A DNA stretch of 63,340 nucleotides, the filler included, from Nemertoderma westbladi (Eukaryota; Animalia; Xenacoelomorpha): assembly GCA_032718475.1 (NCBI GenBank). It is 3 parts of 3 records of this genome, joined end to end, with 100 filler letters (N's around TTAATTAATTAA, not from the genome) between each part and the next. Parts side by side here need not be neighbours in the genome. Positions count along the whole stretch, not along the records: positions 1 to 25,424 come from JAUCBJ010000191.1; 2 more parts are not named here. One strand, 5' to 3'. Positions 11,541 through 22,116 of the stretch are shown piece after piece. The notes below the pieces were generated by a model that saw only the letters and a list, made by a program, of their open reading frames with translations, was not told where the DNA came from and made no database searches. The translations under genes and the position numbers were made by a program. Positions within the stretch are counted from its first letter, which is position 1. Each line of letters opens with the position of its first letter.

Positions 11541-11816
11541 ACCTTGATTTTGATTAAACCCCGCCCCTGAAGCTACCCTGTCACTACCCGTTTCCACTAG
11601 CCTATCTACTAGCGGTCTGAAGCTTCGCGAGCCCCTCAAACACATCTGTTGAACGGCGAATGTAATTAAACATATGGAGAGCCCTCTCTGTATTTTATTT
11701 CCGTATTTCTCAGTATATCATATTTCTTCCATGTTACTGTAAATAAAACTGAAGAGCAATGTTTTAATTGTTGTATTATTTCCGTATTTAAGTTAAATAT
11801 TGAGTATATTATACAG

Positions 11817-11995
11817 GGGCTCTTGAACCAGAGCAATGGTTGTATGACGTCATAGAAGTTGATCTTATGTTCCCCATGGACGTTAAGAGAAGAAAACGTT
11901 TTCTTGAACAAAAGTTAGCGACGGTATCCAATGAAATTCGTTCAGAATTGAAAGGGAAAGAAGGAGTGGATAAGCTGAACCGGGTATACAATGAG
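11817..11995 (+). CDS. NOSTRIN: NOSTRIN-like exon E, start of HR1/REM-1 (EQWLYD...MDVKRRKRFLEQKL...GKEGVDKLNRVY)
   Basis: atacag/gtaact boundaries; resembles the NOSTRIN MDxxRRKxxLxxKL...KEG pattern. Confidence 0.9.
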
Positions 11996-12712
11996 GTAAC
12001 TTAATTTTATACAAAGAATTACGAATCTTCAATTACAGTTATTTAGTTTGTTATCTAAAGTATTCGCTAGTGTATACAACTAACATGCCCTGCTAACACG
12101 GCTTAATAGCACTCAATTAAGTATTCTAAGTGGGGGCATGGGCGCAATCAAACAATCTACAGGGGTAAATCGACTCAAATAACAGCTGATTACTCCCAAA
12201 AATTTAACCATAACCTGTTCTATTGAAGTGACTTTCGTTTATTGCTTTGGTTTGAATAACGTGCTACTGTAACCTGCTCCTTTCCTTTAATTGATAATTT
12301 AACATCGGAGCGAGAAATTAATTCGAAGTGCGCGAGATGGAATTTGCCTCCCCCATGTCTCCATAATCTAATGTTTTCCTGGTATCATGGTTTTCCGGTG
12401 ATATTTATGATTAAAAATGAAACACATATTCTTACGCAGTTGTCAGTTTGTTGTTGTATTTATTTATTATTTGTCTCCTATTGGCATTGTGTATGACAAA
12501 CTACATCATCTCTCCTCGAGCCAATATTGATTGATCTTTCCGGTCGGGTGTTGTGCATGCCTAAAACTAATAAGTTGGAGCTGTTACTCTGAAACTATTG
12601 ATTAGTATTACTACTGTAGAAGTTCAATATAAATATTCTAAAATTATATTAACAAAACTATTTACATAATTACAGAACAATAGAAAAAATTGAATACGAG
12701 ATAAAATTGCAA

Positions 12713-14980
12713 TTAATCAATGCGAGTATATACAAAGATTAAACAGCGATCGATTTCCTCGGCCGCTCTTGTTCTCATTTTGACGTGGGAGTATCCCTGT
12801 TCTATAGACGTGAAGGGCAGCGCATACTGGCAGATAAAATCATCGCCACTCCGCTTATCGTAGTCGTAAACAGCTAATCGAAGGATCGCAAGACTCGGCA
12901 TACTGACCACGAAATCAAACTCCTCCTCCCACACTGGATTAAAACCGTTGTTGTTGACGACTTTCGTCTGAACTTCGTCCAAATCCTTGGGAACACCATG
13001 AACTTGGATCCGCACGTACGGATCGATAACTTCGCCCTTTTCCGAGTTGTTCGGTTTCGGGAGTTCATGTCCCGCGATTACACGTAGATGCAGCGTTCTC
13101 GCATGTTTACGCGAGACGCGCCCGGGGTCGTAACTGGACCCGGGGCGGGTCAAAGCCTCGGGTTTCAGTATGAATCCGCACCCGCCATTATCCCGGAAAC
13201 GAGCTTCGTTTAGCTGCATTTCCAGACAGCGGGTCTGATAGTTGAGAGCAACTATTTGACAGCCAACAGTCCACAGGGGGACCGGGTTGTAGTTGTCTGA
13301 TGCAGTGCGACGCCCCGCTGGATAAATCCTCACCAATCGCGAGGCATTACTTGCGGTAAACTCCTTAGCATTTTGATTCAGCAACTGCAGCGCTTTATCT
13401 TCGTTTAAGGAAGATATCCGATCGGCGGTGTATTCACTCACCGCGTGTTTAAAACCTTGAAATTTCGCTCCTCTCAGGTAAAACAAACTCGCCAATTCCG
13501 GGGCAACTGCTATCTTCTTTTTACCTTTCTTTCCTGCCATCTCATTCTGAATATTTACATCATCTATTTCCGCTGCTTCATCCTCATCCGAGACATTTAT
13601 AACATTATCATCATCTAATATTGATGGTTTAGAACCTTTTCCTTTAATGATAATTTTCATTCTTAGCTTTTCAGGAGAGTCGAGAAACCCCGTAACAGGT
13701 GGTTCAGTGCAGAGCCAGTCAGATAAATACTGGTTAATGTATCGAGCAATCTTTCTTTGAACCGGGACTGAACAATGGTTCTCAAAACTCAATATCAATG
13801 GATATTGGCTGATTCTAAACGCATAATGGGACACCGCTTCTAGGATGTCTCGCACAGCAATCTTGGAAGTCAGTGTATGACCGTGGTAGACAATGGGTTC
13901 CCCATCCACTCCGTCCCACAAATCCAACTCTAAACACCTGCAGCCCAGCATAATGGCTCGTATGTACGCTTCTACGGAGCTAGGCCCCATCAGCTGGTCC
14001 TGGGTCAGATAGGTGTTGTGTGAAGAGGCAATAAAGTAGTGGGAAAGTGGTTGACTCATATCCTGATAGACCCTCAGGTGACTTTGGTTGAATATATTGC
14101 AGGCATTAGAAAGGAGAAAGCATCTGAAACCTGTAAGGCTTAGTAGTCCATTTGCTATGTTATGGGGTTTCTTTTCGTAGCTCTGAACCACCTGGAGGCA
14201 GGTTTCTTTTGAAACATCAGACCACTTTTGGGCCGAAACCAGAAATCTCCTAATAACATCGAGATCCATAAATTGATTATTACTATACATCCCAAAGACT
14301 TCGTCAATATCTTTTCTTTGAGTTAACTTTGAATAAAATTCCATAAATTCATCTTCTGTTAAATATGTAGCCTTCCTGTTGCTTTTCTCTGACCTTTTTG
14401 CTATTTCGTGAAATAAATTGTAAGTAACTGATTTCTCGAGCTTTATATTTAATTTTTTGAGAAGATCCGTCATTTCCTTCAAGGTAACTCGTTCGTCTCT
14501 GTCCTTATCGGCCCGAACGAAAACCTTTCGAACCCAAACGTCTTCATCTGCATCGGTATCAACATCCATGAGATGCGATAATCCTCGAATCCATATATCA
14601 GACAGTTCGGTCGAATCGGCTACAAAATCCCATGTATCGCCTCTTTCGTTGATAATAAGACTGAACGCCCTCTTCTCCCTATCTGTTAGAGAATCCTTAT
14701 GACCGGCGAATACAGCTGTTCTATAACCGCTCCTCACTTCCTTGATATTAATAATTTGTACAACATTGGGTTTTGTGTTTGTGACTGTTTTCTTGGATGG
14801 GGAATAGGATATTGAGTCGGCGTCTTTATTCAATGTTAGAGTTTTAGTCTTCACCCAATTTTTGAATGAGTATCTCAGAATCGAGGATCCTTCTTTCATT
14901 GTTTTTATACATTCGGCTATATGTGGGGGGCTGGATGTTTTGGGTCCATTTTGCTTCGAATAAGGATTTCGTTCCCCCAT
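12713..14980 (-). CDS. PLCD: Phosphoinositide phospholipase C, delta-like (PH, EF-hand, X, Y, C2); 755 aa, intronless, nested antisense in a NOSTRIN intron
   Basis: X-box YFIASSHNTYL, GCRCLELDLWDG, VYHGHTLT, SFENHCS; Y-box RIYPAGRR...QIVALNYQT; C2 DPYVRIQVHG...NNGFNPVWEE. Ends just after C2, as in the delta class. Confidence 0.95.
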   Translation of the reverse strand: MGERNPYSKQNGPKTSSPPHIAECIKTMKEGSSILRYSFKNWVKTKTLTLNKDADSISYSPSKKTVTNTKPNVVQIINIKEVRSGYRTAVFAGHKDSLTDREKRAFSLIINERGDTWDFVADSTELSDIWIRGLSHLMDVDTDADEDVWVRKVFVRADKDRDERVTLKEMTDLLKKLNIKLEKSVTYNLFHEIAKRSEKSNRKATYLTEDEFMEFYSKLTQRKDIDEVFGMYSNNQFMDLDVIRRFLVSAQKWSDVSKETCLQVVQSYEKKPHNIANGLLSLTGFRCFLLSNACNIFNQSHLRVYQDMSQPLSHYFIASSHNTYLTQDQLMGPSSVEAYIRAIMLGCRCLELDLWDGVDGEPIVYHGHTLTSKIAVRDILEAVSHYAFRISQYPLILSFENHCSVPVQRKIARYINQYLSDWLCTEPPVTGFLDSPEKLRMKIIIKGKGSKPSILDDDNVINVSDEDEAAEIDDVNIQNEMAGKKGKKKIAVAPELASLFYLRGAKFQGFKHAVSEYTADRISSLNEDKALQLLNQNAKEFTASNASRLVRIYPAGRRTASDNYNPVPLWTVGCQIVALNYQTRCLEMQLNEARFRDNGGCGFILKPEALTRPGSSYDPGRVSRKHARTLHLRVIAGHELPKPNNSEKGEVIDPYVRIQVHGVPKDLDEVQTKVVNNNGFNPVWEEEFDFVVSMPSLAILRLAVYDYDKRSGDDFICQYALPFTSIEQGYSHVKMRTRAAEEIDRCLIFVYTRID

Positions 14981-15629
14981 TATTAGGTAATCATATATTA
15001 TTTATAATAGTTTTCAATTCACACTATATATCGATGTTTATTACTGTTCATTATATAAAAACACTCCCTATAATTCAATTAAGTCTACTCACTACCTGTA
15101 ATTATAATTGTAATATTATCTTGATGATGATATGTTAGTAGGTCATTTATAAATTGTATAAAGTCAAGTAATAATAATAATTTTAATCTTCTACAGTAGT
15201 TTAGGTAATTTAGTTTGAAATATTGCCAGCCTTCTTGTATGGATTACAAATGAATATATTATCACGAACACGAACACCGTGTCCTAAGTGTACCGCACGC
15301 TATCACCCTGGCCAAAATTCCCTCCCTAAATGAGTGTGAAGGATAATATGGATATTATTATTAGTAGTAAATAGTACTGGTAATAAAGTAATTTTTAGGT
15401 CTACATTGTAGACAATAGAGGGCCGGATTAAACTAAAATTAATTGTGAGCTAATTATCTTGAACATTGAAACCACAGCGATTGTAATGTATTGTGTATAC
15501 AGTACAATATGGTCGGGGTCTAAACAACTAATCTATAAACAACCTAATACATTGTAGGTCAGATAGAAGGCGACTCGCGACAGTGTTGGGATCATTATAT
15601 CTATATTGTAGAGACTCAGGGAAGTCTAT

Positions 15630-15850
15630 ATAGTGTCAAGAATGATGCCGCCATCTATAGGTTGTAGGTTCGAGCCCCGCCAGCTTTAACTCAGACTTTC
15701 ACTACATGGGGTGTCGTTAAGAGGAGGAGAACCAATTGAATCACTCGGGGAAAAACAAGGTATAGGAGAAACGCAAACCCCTACCATCGGGTAGCAGTTA
15801 TCGAAAGAGGAGTCTTCAGGATCAGGAGCCTCCGGTCTCGGCTGACTGTT
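15630..15850 (+). mobile_element. Possible decayed tRNA-derived SINE
   Basis: B box GGTTCGAGCCC at 15667-15677; A box unclear and boundaries uncertain. Confidence 0.3.
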
Positions 15851-16267
15851 TGGTTGTACTTTGGTTGATATAGTCTAACAATGCAGATGGGGTAGGGGTG
15901 GGGTTGGGATTTTCCCAGATCCTTTACCTTATTTGATAAGTTAACAATGAGACGAGATAATTATCCGAGATTGGATTTGCGTCAATTGGATCGCTTTAAA
16001 GTTCGGTTATAATAATTCAAACCTTCCCGCTATTTCTAGTAATATGGATTTTTTTCCCTTTTCCTTTGTGTAGTATTTTTCGAATCAATCTTTGGTGCCA
16101 ATTTTGTACCTAATAAAAGTAACAAACAAAAACAAATTGGCAACATAACAAAATTGATTTTAACAATATTTAGCAGGATGAAAGAAAGCCTTCGCGCAGC
16201 ACGAGAAATTAAGTGAAGCCTTATTTATAGAACAAATATTACTTTTTTTTCGAATACTCGAATATTA

Positions 16268-17188
16268 CCATGGCCTACTATATTTATATGGCCTAACAGG
16301 TCACTTGAAGTGGCCTCTTAAAAAGAGGCAAGTTTTTTTTACAACAATTTGATATTTTGATATGGGGAGAGTTCTATAAATTTTCATTTGCTGCAAATTG
16401 GTCAACGGAGGTAATTGAAGTCTCTTCGTTAAGTAAGATACTACACTTTATAGTAGCTAGTATTTTAGATAGGTTTAGCTAGTAATTTCGACACTGGTTC
16501 CGACATCCTACTTCCTACTATTAATATTTTGCAGTAGCTAGTTCTTATTACTATTTGTATAGAAAATGTTCCAGAACATGTTAGCTAGTCATTTAAAAAA
16601 AATTATGTTCTAGAACAAATATTTTTTGTTCTAGAACATTTTTTAGAAAAAAATCTGGATTCTATTTAAAACGCATGGAATCGTTCTAAAACGTGTTTAA
16701 AACCCATAAAAAAAATTTCAAAATTTTTTTTTTTCACAATTTTTTTTTATTCATTTTAAATACGTTTTAGAACGATTCCATGCGTTTTAAATAGAATCCA
16801 GATTTTTTTCTAAAAAATGTTCTAGAACAAAAAATATTTGTTCTAGAACATAATTTTTTTTAAATGAATAGCTAACATGTTCTGGAACATTTTCTATACA
16901 AATAGTAATAAGAACTCGCTACTACAAAATATTTATAGAGGGAAGTAGGATGTCGGAACCAATGTCGATATTACTAGCTAAACCTATCTAAAACACTAGC
17001 ACCATAAAATTTGTTATCTTACTTAACGAGGATGCTTCAATTACGTCCATTGACCAAATTGCAACAAATGAAAATTTATAGAACTCTCCCCATATCAAAA
17101 TATCAAAATAGTGTAAAAAAAAACTGGCCTCTTTTTAAGAGGCCACTTCAAGTGACCTGTTAGGCCGTATAAATATAGTAGGCCATGG
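16268..17188. mobile_element. ~920-bp foldback/palindromic MITE with TA flanks
   Basis: TA|CCATGGCCTACTATATTTAT...ATAAATATAGTAGGCCATGG|TA. The ~450-bp arms are close reverse complements around ~16725. Confidence 0.92.
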
Positions 17189-18757
17189 TATTACACATAT
17201 GACTAACATGAAACTTGAATTAAGACTAATACAAAACAAAATAAGTAGTTCTGAAATCATTTACTAGAGGATAGATGTTAACTTTTTATTACTATTAAGA
17301 AAAGTTAACTTTTCCCCACTATGGAATAAAACGCTACTTTTCATATTTTAGTTTTCACAATTTTTCACAATATTCACAAGTTTTCACTTAGACAACAATT
17401 TTTCTGTTAGGGTTTTTCTGGATGGTGATTTCATTTCCAATGAAAGTTTTTTCGTTTGCTGGCAGCCAAACTGTATGTTTGGTTATCCGACTGTCAGTAA
17501 TATTTTGACAGACTGACTGACAGACCGACATCCACAAAGACAGACACTGCGTCGTCAAATCTAAAAGTTTAAAAACTGACTTCAGAAATGAAATCTCTGA
17601 CCAGGAAAACCCTTAGAACAGAAATTTTAGCTGGGTTGCGTGCTTGCTTACATTTCGACAGACTGACCGACAGACAGCACAGTCAATCCAACCAAACGCA
17701 CTCTAACACCAAGCGGGTGAATAATAAATCCATTTGAGCTGCAATCCGTAAATAAGTGATGGACGCTAGTACCGAAAGCTCTATCATAACTAAAAGATAA
17801 TATAATTTGGTAACTTTAAAGGATTTTAATAAAATTGTTATGCAAGCTTTATCTACTGTACTTTAATGGTCCAGAGCTACTTACAATCTTACAGTCGTAG
17901 AATGTGATTAAATAACCATAATATTTATCTACCAAAATAACCGTTATTATTAATCAACTTCCACGAAATAATATATTAGCTGACTACCATTACTGTATGT
18001 AATAATCTCCCCCATGCAGGCCATTAATACACAATAACTAATTGATTTTTATCTACATTATTTCATCAGAAATGTATCTTTATATCGAATCCGCATCTCA
18101 GTGGTTTCATTCTATTTAACCTGGGCGACCTAGCAACGCCCACTGTCAAATTCTTTGGCAGTGACTAGCTGACCGAGACTGTGTGTAGGTTGCAGTTGCT
18201 ATGATACAATAGGATTTGCTGTTAATCTAAACAAACTTTCGCCCTCCCACCTCCTACTAATAGGGGGAACGATTCGGTGTAGCAGTTGCTTTATTCCCCC
18301 TTCCGGAATGACCTTGACTCCCATCTTCAAAACTTAATTATTATTATTCTCAGATTTTCGATTCGGTGTATTCACCTGTACAGTATGTATCACTGTAAGT
18401 AAGTAAGTTAGTTATGTGTAAATTCATTGAGAATTTTGACAGTCGCATCTTGCAAAAATAACGCCCAATTTAGAATACGTCCAATTAGTCCTTCTTTACT
18501 TCTAATGATCAACTTTATAATAATTAGTGTGTAGCGAACTTTATACTTAGTGTGATTAACTTTATTCTTATTGTGACGAAGATTTTACTAAATGTAATTA
18601 TAATTCACTTTATACCTAGTGTGACGAACTTTATAATTAGTGTGATTAACTTTATCCTTTGGGTGGTGACTGATTTTCTACATTCTTCTGAGAGTGCGTG
18701 TTGGTAATGAATGCAAGTGGCTCTGATTAAAATTAATGTGACTTACTTTTCTTACAG

Positions 18758-18982
18758 ACCCCTGACTTCTCGGGCGGAGTGGAGTCCATGCTCGATGTCA
18801 AGATGCAGATCATCCATAGCAACGCGATGATAGACTTCCTGGAGGCGAGCGCCTATAGGATGAAGAACTCATTGGCCAGTATTACCAACAACCAATTGGA
18901 ATCTCCGCCGTACGATTTGGCTCAATACATCATCGATAATAAAGATAAATCTGGATCAGATAAAACTATTTGTATTATGAAG
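18758..18982 (+). CDS. NOSTRIN: NOSTRIN-like exon F, second HR1 helix (TPDFSG...MIDFLEASAYRMKNSLA...)
   Basis: cttacag/gtttgt boundaries; phase 0 matches exon E; resembles NOSTRIN xxDxLEAxxYKxxxxLA. Confidence 0.88.
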
Positions 18983-19129
18983 GTTTGTTATTGTGGTGTT
19001 ACTGTGTACAGTTGTACATATCATATACACAGTATTTCTTCGAATAAGAGCCCGGGCGTTTAAGTTTATAATTATCAAAGAAATACGATACGAGAATATA
19101 AACATTAGTACATGACGGAGATGAGGAGA

Positions 19130-21044
19130 TTATTACTGTATTTTATTACTGTATTTTATTACTGTATTTTATTACTGTATTTTATTACTGTATTTTATTA
19201 CTGTATTTTATTACTGTATTTTATTACTGTATTTTATTACTGTATTTTATTACTGTATTTTATTACTGTATTTTATTACTGTATTTTATTACTGTATTTT
19301 ATTACTGTATTTTATTACTGTATTTTATTACTGTATTTTATTACTGTATTTTATTACTGTATTTTATTACTGTATTTTATTACTGTATTTTATTACTGTA
19401 TTTTATTACTGTATTTTATTACTGTATTTTATTACTGTATTTTATTACTGTATTTTATTACTGTATTTTATTACTGTATTTTATTACTGTATTTTATTAC
19501 TGTATTTTATTACTGTATTTTATTACTGTATTTTATTACTGTATTTTATTACTGTATTTTATTACTGTATTTTATTACTGTATTTTATTACTGTATTTTA
19601 TTACTGTATTTTATTACTGTATTTTATTACTGTATTTTATTACTGTATTTTATTACTGTATTTTATTACTGTATTTTATTACTGTATTTTATTACTGTAT
19701 TTTATTACTGTATTTTATTACTGTATTTTATTACTGTATTTTATTACTGTATTTTATTACTGTATTTTATTACTGTATTTTATTACTGTATTTTATTACT
19801 GTATTTTATTACTGTATTTTATTACTGTATTTTATTACTGTATTTTATTACTGTATTTTATTACTGTATTTTATTACTGTATTTTATTACTGTATTTTAT
19901 TACTGTATTTTATTACTGTATTTTATTACTGTATTTTATTACTGTATTTTATTACTGTATTTTATTACTGTATTTTATTACTGTATTTTATTACTGTATT
20001 TTATTACTGTATTTTATTACTGTATTTTATTACTGTATTTTATTACTGTATTTTATTACTGTATTTTATTACTGTATTTTATTACTGTATTTTATTACTG
20101 TATTTTATTACTGTATTTTATTACTGTATTTTATTACTGTATTTTATTACTGTATTTTATTACTGTATTTTATTACTGTATTTTATTACTGTATTTTATT
20201 ACTGTATTTTATTACTGTATTTTATTACTGTATTTTATTACTGTATTTTATTACTGTATTTTATTACTGTATTTTATTACTGTATTTTATTACTGTATTT
20301 TATTACTGTATTTTATTACTGTATTTTATTACTGTATTTTATTACTGTATTTTATTACTGTATTTTATTACTGTATTTTATTACTGTATTTTATTACTGT
20401 ATTTTATTACTGTATTTTATTACTGTATTTTATTACTGTATTTTATTACTGTATTTTATTACTGTATTTTATTACTGTATTTTATTACTGTATTTTATTA
20501 CTGTATTTTATTACTGTATTTTATTACTGTATTTTATTACTGTATTTTATTACTGTATTTTATTACTGTATTTTATTACTGTATTTTATTACTGTATTTT
20601 ATTACTGTATTTTATTACTGTATTTTATTACTGTATTTTATTACTGTATTTTATTACTGTATTTTATTACTGTATTTTATTACTGTATTTTATTACTGTA
20701 TTTTATTACTGTATTTTATTACTGTATTTTATTACTGTATTTTATTACTGTATTTTATTACTGTATTTTATTACTGTATTTTATTACTGTATTTTATTAC
20801 TGTATTTTATTACTGTATTTTATTACTGTATTTTATTACTGTATTTTATTACTGTATTTTATTACTGTATTTTATTACTGTATTTTATTACTGTATTTTA
20901 TTACTGTATTTTATTACTGTATTTTATTACTGTATTTTATTACTGTATTTTATTACTGTATTTTATTACTGTATTTTATTACTGTATTTTATTACTGTAT
21001 TTTATTACTGTATTTTATTACTGTATTTTATTACTGTATTTTAT
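19130..21044. repeat. Apparently perfect 13-bp tandem array (TATTACTGTATTT), about 147 copies
   Basis: Direct periodicity. The 693-aa ORF simply repeats LLLYFITVFYYCI (3 units = 13 codons). Confidence 0.97.
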
Positions 21045-21393
21045 CCAGGACGAGATTTGCTTCAATACCCCTCCTCCCTCCTGTCTCTCCATATGTCACA
21101 ACAAACTGTGGCAGCCCCACATACATTGTACAGTCTCAGAAACTTTGTTATTACGGTCGCCTAGCAACCCTAGAGTTTAGTACTGCCGACTGACAGAATT
21201 GTACCACGGTACTGCAGTATGCCTTCAGCCTGTCAGCAATCACTCGAACTTGAGTTATATACGTTTTCGTTTCGTGGCTGGACGCCATCGCCACATTGGT
21301 GACCCAGCGTCTCAAGACGAACTCTTGAGACCGCGACTCGCAACACGATCCTGCAATCGAACTGGAACAGCCACCGAAACTGTGTTGACGACA

Positions 21394-22098
21394 ATGGCCG
21401 AAGCGACCGCCAACGCCGTTTCTATTAAACTGCCTCCATTCTGGACCACCCAACCCGAGGTGTGGTTCGCCCAGGCGGAGGCGCAGTTCCACATTCGGAG
21501 CATCACCGAGGACGCTACCAAATATTATTACGTGGTGGGGGCCCTCGACCAGGAGACAGCCGCTCGCCTCCTAAAACTCATACGGAACCCTCCAGCTACT
21601 GATAAGTACCTCAAACTCAAGGGCCAACTTCTCAAGGCCTTCGGGCTCTCCCGACGCGAGCGCGCAGCCCGACTCTGGGACCTCGACGGCCTCGGTGACC
21701 GGCGCCCCTCGCAACTCCTCGGAGAAATGCAGGCGCTCCTCGGCGACGACAACGCGGGACTCCTCTTCGAGGAGGCCTTCCTCCGGCAGATGCCCGCCGC
21801 AATCCGCCTCCAACTAGCGGAGGAGGACTTCCGCGACCTCGACAGGGTTGCGGACCGGGCCGACGCGCTGTGGGAGGCCTCCCGGCAGACCTCACTCGCG
21901 GCCCACGCCGTCAGGAAACCGACGCCGGTCCCGCCACAGCGAACCGGCAAGAACTCCTCGTCGGCGTCGACTCCCGCCCCGCGGGCCCCGAACTCGAACC
22001 CGGACTGGTGCTATTATCACCAGACGTTCGGCCCCACAGCCAGGAAGTGCCGCCAGCCCTGCAGTTACCAGGGAAACGCCCCGGCCGGCCGTTTGTAG
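21394..22098 (+). CDS. gag: Gag
   Basis: VSIKLPPFW...[10 protein letters not shown]-terminus and a CHCC knuckle [18 protein letters not shown]. Confidence 0.92.
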   Translation: MAEATANAVSIKLPPFWTTQPEVWFAQAEAQFHIRSITEDATKYYYVVGALDQETAARLLKLIRNPPATDKYLKLKGQLLKAFGLSRRERAARLWDLDGLGDRRPSQLLGEMQALLGDDNAGLLFEEAFLRQMPAAIRLQLAEEDFRDLDRVADRADALWEASRQTSLAAHAVRKPTPVPPQRTGKNSSSASTPAPRAPNSNPDWCYYHQTFGPTARKCRQPCSYQGNAPAGRL

Positions 22099-22116
22099 CA
22101 GCTACAACGGCCGGCC
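22071..22116 (+). promoter_or_regulatory. -1 programmed ribosomal frameshift signal: G_GGA_AAC plus downstream hairpin
   Basis: X_XXY_YYZ heptamer in the gag frame (22071-22077), 5-nt spacer, then stem GGCCGGCCGTT-T-GTAG/CTAC-AACGGCCGGCC (22083-22116). pol is in the -1 frame. Confidence 0.85.

Noticed and set aside
19112-21193. 693-aa hydrophobic membrane protein ORF
   Set aside because: Translation of the 13-bp array.
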